A stretch of 64,000 nt of DNA from Mobula hypostoma (Eukaryota), in NCBI RefSeq assembly GCF_963921235.1, contig NC_086097.1, forward strand, positions 71,922,001-71,986,000, given 5' to 3'. Shown piece after piece: positions 58,301-64,000 of this stretch (position 1 is its first letter; each line of letters begins with the position of its first letter). The position numbers and the translations under genes are program-made. Under the pieces are notes generated by a model, which made no database searches, was not told the DNA's origin, and saw nothing but the letters and a program-made list of their open reading frames with translations.

Positions 58301-60325
58301 TACAACACATCTGGATAGTAGTAACAGGATTGGTCCAAGTCAGCATGGATTTATGAAGGGGAAATAGTGCTTGACTAATCTTCTGGAATTTTTTGAGGAT
58401 GTAACTATGAAAATAGACAAGGGAGAGCCAGTGGATGTAGCGTACCTGGACTTTCAGAAAGCCTTTGATAAAGTCCCACACAGGAGATTAGTGGGCAAAA
58501 TTAGGGCACATGGTATTGGGGGCAGAGTACTGACACGGATTGAAAATTGGCTGGCTGACAGAAAGCAAAGAGTAGCGATTAACGGGTCCCTTTCTGAATG
58601 GCAGGCGGTGACCAGTGGGGTACCGCAGGGTGCAGTGCTCGGACTGCAGCTGTTTACAATATATATTAATGATTTAGATGAGGGAATTAAAAGTAACATT
58701 AGCAAATTTGCAGATGACACAAAGCTGGGTGGCAGTGTGAAATGTGAGGAGGATGTTATGAGAATGCAGGTGACTTGGACAGGCTGGGTGAGTGGGCAGC
58801 TGCATGACAGATGCAGTTTAATGTGGATAAATGTGAGGTTATCCACTTTGGTGGTAAGAACGGGAAGGCAGATTATTATCTAAATGGAGTCAAGTTAGGA
58901 AAAGGGGAATCACAACGAGATCTCAGTGTTCTTGTACTTCAGTCACTGAAAGCAAGCATGCAGGTACAGCAGGCAGTGAAAAAAGCTAATGGCATGCTGG
59001 CCTTCATAACGAGAGGAATTGAGTATAAGAGCAAAGAGGTCCTTCTGCAGCTGTACAGGGCCCTGGTGAGACCACACCTGGAGTACTGTGTGCAGTTTTG
59101 GTCTCCAAATTTGAGGAAGGACATTCTTGCTATTGAGGAAGTGCAGCATAGGTTCACAAGGTTAATTCCCGGGATGGCGGGACTGTCATATGTCGAAAGA
59201 TTGGAGTGACTGGGCTTGTATACTCTGGAATTTAGAAGGCTGAGAGGGGATCTTATTGAAACATATAAGATTATTAAGGGATTGGACACGCTGGAGGCAG
59301 GAAGCATGTTCCCGCTGATGGGTGAGTCTATAACCAGAGGCCACAGTTTAAGAATTAGGGGTAGGCCATTTAGAACGGAGTTGAGGAAAAACTTTTTCAC
59401 CCAGAGAGTGGTGGATATATGGAATGCTCTGCCCCAGAAGGCTGTGGAGGCCAAGTCTCTGGATGCTTTCAAAAAAGAGATGGATAGATCTCTTAAAGAT
59501 AGTGGAATCAAAGGTTATGGGGATAAGGCAGGAATTGGATACTGATAGTGGATGATCAGCCATGATCACAGTGAATGGCGGTGCTGGCTCGAAGGGCCGA
59601 ATGGCCTACTCCTGCACCTATTGTCTATTGTCTATTGTCTGTTGTAATATGCCCAGGATTGCACCATCTGTTATTTACCAGAACAGCCAGCCCCCCTCCT
59701 TTACGCTTACTGCTCTCAGTGCAATTCCGGTCAGCTCGAACATTCTGGAAGCCCTCTATGGAAACACTTTGATCGGGTATGTCCTCGTGCAGCCATGCCT
59801 CTGTAAAGCACATGACACTGCTCTCCCGAAATGTTCTCTGACTCTTAACAAGCGCAGTCAGTTCGTCCATTTTATTCCCCAGCGATCTCACATTTCCCTT
59901 AATGAGAGAGAGGAGACACGGCTTATAACTTCTCTTCTCCATAAGCCTCTGTTGTCTCGACCCAGTCCTCTTCCCTCGCCTTTTTGATCCCCCTCTGCAT
60001 TCTCTGTGTGTTTTCCTCCAGATTTCAGCTGGTATGTCCGCTGCTCTGTTCGCTAAGCCAGCAGGCATGAGCGCAATCAGTCGGTCCCTGGAGTAAACAA
60101 TGCGGCCATCCTGCTGCCACGCTAACGAGATGTGTCCAAATGTAACTGTTTCCAGCGCTAAAAAAACAAGTAAAACTCTCTCCACCAGCATGTTAGAGAG
60201 GGTGCAGCTTCAACGTGTTACCGTGAGAAAAAAAAATACAACAAATAACTAAGTTAAAAAGTTTAAAAGTAAGAAACTACGGAGCAACTGTAACCGGCTG
60301 CATGCACGACCGGTGCATGGGCACA
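55363..60325 (-). mobile_element. Apparently full-length Rex1/Babar LINE (APE-RT), split by a CR1
   Basis: ORFs 59625-60191, 56759-57916, 56402-56755, 55895-56368 and 55517-55888 give GNVRSL, CFTE.WL, GGGL, GDFN, GRSDH, DFSSAFNTI and FSDD; tandem 3' tail. Confidence 0.93.
57981..59640 (+). mobile_element. 5'-truncated CR1 inserted in the Rex1 endonuclease
   Basis: RT ORF pieces 57975-59545 with two stops and a frameshift; (TATTGTC)n tail. Confidence 0.93.
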
Positions 60326-61570
60326 CACTGAACTAATCAGCTGTCTACAGTCTTCACAGATATTTTCAGACAGTCTCTTAAACTATGCACTGTTTCACAA
60401 AATCTATTATTATTTCAGGCCCCCAAAAAATCAAAGATCACTGGACTCACGGACTACAGGCCAGTTACACTGATATCAGTCGTAATAGAGACTTCTGAAA
60501 GGCTGGTCATGTCACTTCTCAGATCCACAACTCAAAATGTTCCAGTTTTGCTGCAGTTCCTCTACAGAGCTAACAGATCTGTGGATGTTGTTGTTAACAC
60601 GTCTGGACTTCATACTACTGCTGCTTGACTGCCATGTTTCAGGATTCCCTTTGTTGATTTTAGATCAGCCTTCAAAATCGCCATCCCTGAGCTTCTACAG
60701 GAGAAACTCTCCAAACTTACCATACTAGGTCTAATCTGCAGGTGGATCATAAACTTCCTCTGACAAAAGGCAGTATGTGAGACTAGGCAGATATATCTCC
60801 ACATCCTGCTCAGTCAGCACTGGTGTGCCACAGTGATATGTTCTCTCCCTGATCCTACTTTCTCTGTTCACCAAGGACTGCATCTCCAGTGATCCATCGG
60901 TTCAACTGAAAAAGCTTGCAGACAACACCATTGTCATAGGACTAATCACCAGAGATGACAAATCCAAATACCATCAGAATATAAACAAGTTCAGGTCCTG
61001 GAGCAATCACAACGACTTGGAACTAGATGCTCTCAAAGCCATAGAGATGCATATCGACTTCAGGAGAAATGTGTCCCCTCTCCATCCACTCATCATCAAC
61101 AACTCTATAGTTCGCACAGTTTCAACATTCAGCTTCCTCAGCATCATGATTTTGCAGAAACTCATGTGGGAGAATAATAGCTTCTTCATTAACAAACAGG
61201 TTTGGCAGAGGATGTACTTCTTGTGGTAGATGGTAAAATTCAATCCTTCCCAGAACATACTGGTGCAATTTACACTACTATAATAGGGACCATCCGCACA
61301 TCAGCCATCACTGTCTGGTACGGTGCAGTATCCTCTAACAATATACACAAACTACAGCAAACTGCCAGGACTGCAGAAAAGGTCATCGGGTGCACTCTAC
61401 CATCACTGCAGGACCAGTATGTGTCCAGGACAAAGAAATGGGCAGGATAAATCATTCTGGACACTACCTGCCCCACACCTACCTTTTCTGAAAGCTTCTT
61501 TCTGGAAAGTACTATAGGACTACTGAAACAAAAAAAAAACTTTTCCCCAGGCAGTTAATCTGATCAACCA
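60326..61570 (+). mobile_element. Old degraded Rex1/Babar-type LINE whose upstream part lies at about 55260-55362
   Basis: NQLSTVFTDIF, ITGLTDYRPVTL.SV, STGVPQ, IDFRR, AITVWYG and FFPQAV. Confidence 0.8.
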
Positions 61571-62139
61571 ATCTAGTTACCTCCTTCTCACCATCTCTGT
61601 CTATTACAGCACTGTAAATATTTTAAACCATTTTTTCATGTCATTTACATTGTAAATCCATGCTGGTATTTACATATTTATGTACTTTATTCAATAACCA
61701 TACTTCTAACTTTATAATTCTTTATTCTGTATAATTATTCAATGCAGTTTTCTATTGCATCAAGCACCAACACATCACAGCAATTTCCTAATTCGGGCAA
61801 ATAAATATGCCAAATAAAGGTGATCCTTTGATGAGGAAGAAGTTCTCTTTGTTCTCATTTCAATTTCAAGTTCAAGTTTATTTTGAAAGGGATGTAATAA
61901 TTCGTTGAATTATGAAATGACCATAGCTGCTTTTTTAAATTCAAAATAAGATAATGGGAAATAAATCATTGGGATCAGTAATTGCTCAACTATTCCTCCA
62001 GACCAGGCAGATCATGGAGCTTCCTATGGATGTGGCATTGACATTTTCTCTAATCTTGGGGAAATTCACAGAGTGGTTTCAGTGCAGCTTTGTCTGAGAG
62101 CTGCTGCAGGTGGCTGATTGTAGTGCTGATGTGGTGGGG

Positions 62140-62220
62140 CCTGACTAAGTGCAGCTGTCAATGATTGGCTGGAAATTTCCCAGCAGCAATTGATTGCTCT
62201 TCAGTTTCCATAGAAACACT
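62140..62220. promoter_or_regulatory. Candidate enhancer-like motif cluster in unique sequence
   Basis: CTGTCA, ATTGG, GGAAATTTCCC and GTTTCCATAGAAAC within 80 bp; motif matches only. Confidence 0.35.
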
Positions 62221-62509
62221 AGCCGCCTAATTTATTGTGGTTCTCACTACAGCCAGGTGCTTCATGGAGAAGTACGTTGTATTGATGAGAACTGAGATCA
62301 GAATATTAGAAGAAAGCTGCAATTTGTCTAGTTACTTTTTTTAATTTATAGAAATGGTAAATGTAGCTTTGTCAGATTTGACAATTGACTGAGAAAATTT
62401 AAAAATCACAGTTATGATCTACAGCATCACATCCCATCCCCAATTTCTCTTCCATTAACACAAATTATTCTTCCCTAAAGAAAGGAATTTTTAAACTTGG
62501 ATGATTAAC

Positions 62510-63212
62510 TCCCAGTGTGGCCTTCTATATATTGGCGAGACCCGACGCAGACAGGGAGATCGTTTTGCTGAACTTCTATGCTCTGTCCACCAGAGAAAGC
62601 AGGATCTCACAGTGGCCACACATTTTCATTCCACGTCCCATTCCCATTCTGATATGTCCATCCATGGCCTCCTCTACTGTCAAGATGAAGCAAACTCAGG
62701 TTGGAGGAACAACACCTTATATTCCGCTTGGGTAGCCTCCAACCTGATGGCATGAACATTAGCTTCTGTAATTTCTACTGCCCCTCCTCCCCTTCTTACC
62801 CCATCATTTATTTATTTACTTATTTATTTCCCTTTCTTTCTCTTTCTTTTTTCTCCCTCTGTCCCTCTCATTAAATCTTCCTCTGATGCTCCCTCCCCCT
62901 TTCTTTCTTCCCAGGCCTCCCATCCTATGATCCTCTCCCTTCTCCAGCCTCATATCCCTTTTGCCAATCAGCTTTCCAGCTCTTAGCACCATCCCTCCCC
63001 CTCCTGTCTTCTCCTATCATTTCAGATCTCCCCCTCCCCCTCTTACTTTCAAATCTCTTACTATCTCTTTTTTCAGTAGGTCCTATCGAAGGGTCTCGGC
63101 CCAAAATGTCGACTGTACTGCTTCCTATAGATGCTGCCTGGCCTGCTGCGTTCCACCAGCATTTTGTGTGTGTTGCTTGAATTTCCAGCATCTGCAGATT
63201 TCCTCGTGTTTG
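62510..63212 (+). mobile_element. Penelope-like element fragment (GIY-YIG plus 3' repeat)
   Basis: CGLLYIGETRRR...VATHFHS; same family as 51913-53074. Confidence 0.92.
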
Positions 63213-63452
63213 TGTTTATACATTTCTCTTCAGTTTCTTGATTTGGAGAATAATAACTGAATAGATGTCTCATTTTCTTGTCCTGATGATTGAAACCGTA
63301 TCCTGCAAAGTTGAAGTCACTCTTTAAAGCGATGGTCAATGCATTCTGAGTTTGGAAAAAATTGAAAGTACCAAAGAGATACATTTTTAAACATACCACT
63401 GGAGCAGTTGATCTTTGGCTAAGAGAACAGCTTAATGTAGTATTGTGTAAAG

Positions 63453-64000
63453 TAGTGGTCATCAACCTTTTTAAGCCCAAGATCCCCTACCCCTACCTCA
63501 GTGAAAGGCAAGATCTACCTATTAAATCGTTTAGAGAAAAAAACTGCTCAGATTGTACTTCCAATTTGAGGCCTTTTATTTGAGCAAATTGTATTTGAAT
63601 TACACAAAATACTTTTGTCAAACTTTTAGATTAATACAAACAAGAAAACACTGTAACTAGCATATCAAACAGGCCATAGCAGTCTTTCTTTAAGAATATT
63701 ACAATACTTCACACCTTTAATTCTAAGTTTCATTATTTAATTTTATTTCAACACGAAAAATAAGTGATTAAAAATTGACTGTTGCACTCAGTGTGATGAC
63801 TGGGGCTGAATACCTCCTGCTAGTTCTCTGAAATTTGGCTCATAACTACAGACAGCCAGTCTGAGACAGTCTGTGAGGTGTAGGGTTGCCAACTGTCCTG
63901 TATTTCCCCCGTTAAGGTAGAGTGTCCTATGAAACCTTTTGTGCTGAAATGCTTCATGCCGAAGAAGCAATTACCATTAATTTATATGGAAAAAAAAATT
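63453..64000. mobile_element. Probable hAT-type transposon end (Charlie-like) with a second hAT-like terminus at 63881, running off the window
   Basis: TAGTGGTCATCAACCTTTTT resembles CAGTGGTTCCCAACC-type TIRs; TAGGGTTGCCAAC at 63881-63893 resembles another hAT TIR class; partner ends are not visible. Confidence 0.5.

Noticed and set aside
58939..59511. Long antisense ORFs over CR1 and Rex RT regions
   Set aside because: They are shadow frames of the LINE coding strand with no independent motifs.
1..64000. Prokaryotic systems such as CRISPR arrays, retrons, diversity-generating retroelements or operons
   Set aside because: All RT domains sit in eukaryotic CR1, Rex1, RTE, Penelope or Gypsy contexts; there are no regular repeat-spacer arrays or gene-dense operons.

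Overview
Eukaryotic, repeat-dominated DNA with no confidently recognisable host gene, so probably a large intron or intergenic region. The mix of CR1, Neptune-type Penelope, Rex1/Babar, RTE and Tc1/hAT repeats suggests a cartilaginous fish such as a ray (inference, not proven). Main contents: (1) a complete but mutated Gmr1-type Gypsy LTR retrotransposon at 3747-10120 with paired LTRs, a CAGT TSD, a tRNA-Pro PBS, a SCAN-like Gag and the unusual PR-IN-RT-RH order; (2) several Penelope-like elements whose 3' repeats carry a decayed minimal hammerhead-ribozyme motif, reconstructable from the copies; (3) three separate three-level nests of LINEs; (4) an internally deleted hAT element keeping a zinc-finger first exon, a deleted Tc1 element and other DNA-transposon ends; (5) a few unique segments, one with an enhancer-like motif cluster. 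The element types are all previously described, and I found no clearly new system. Boundaries of old degraded fragments are approximate to tens of bp, and nothing here was checked against a database.
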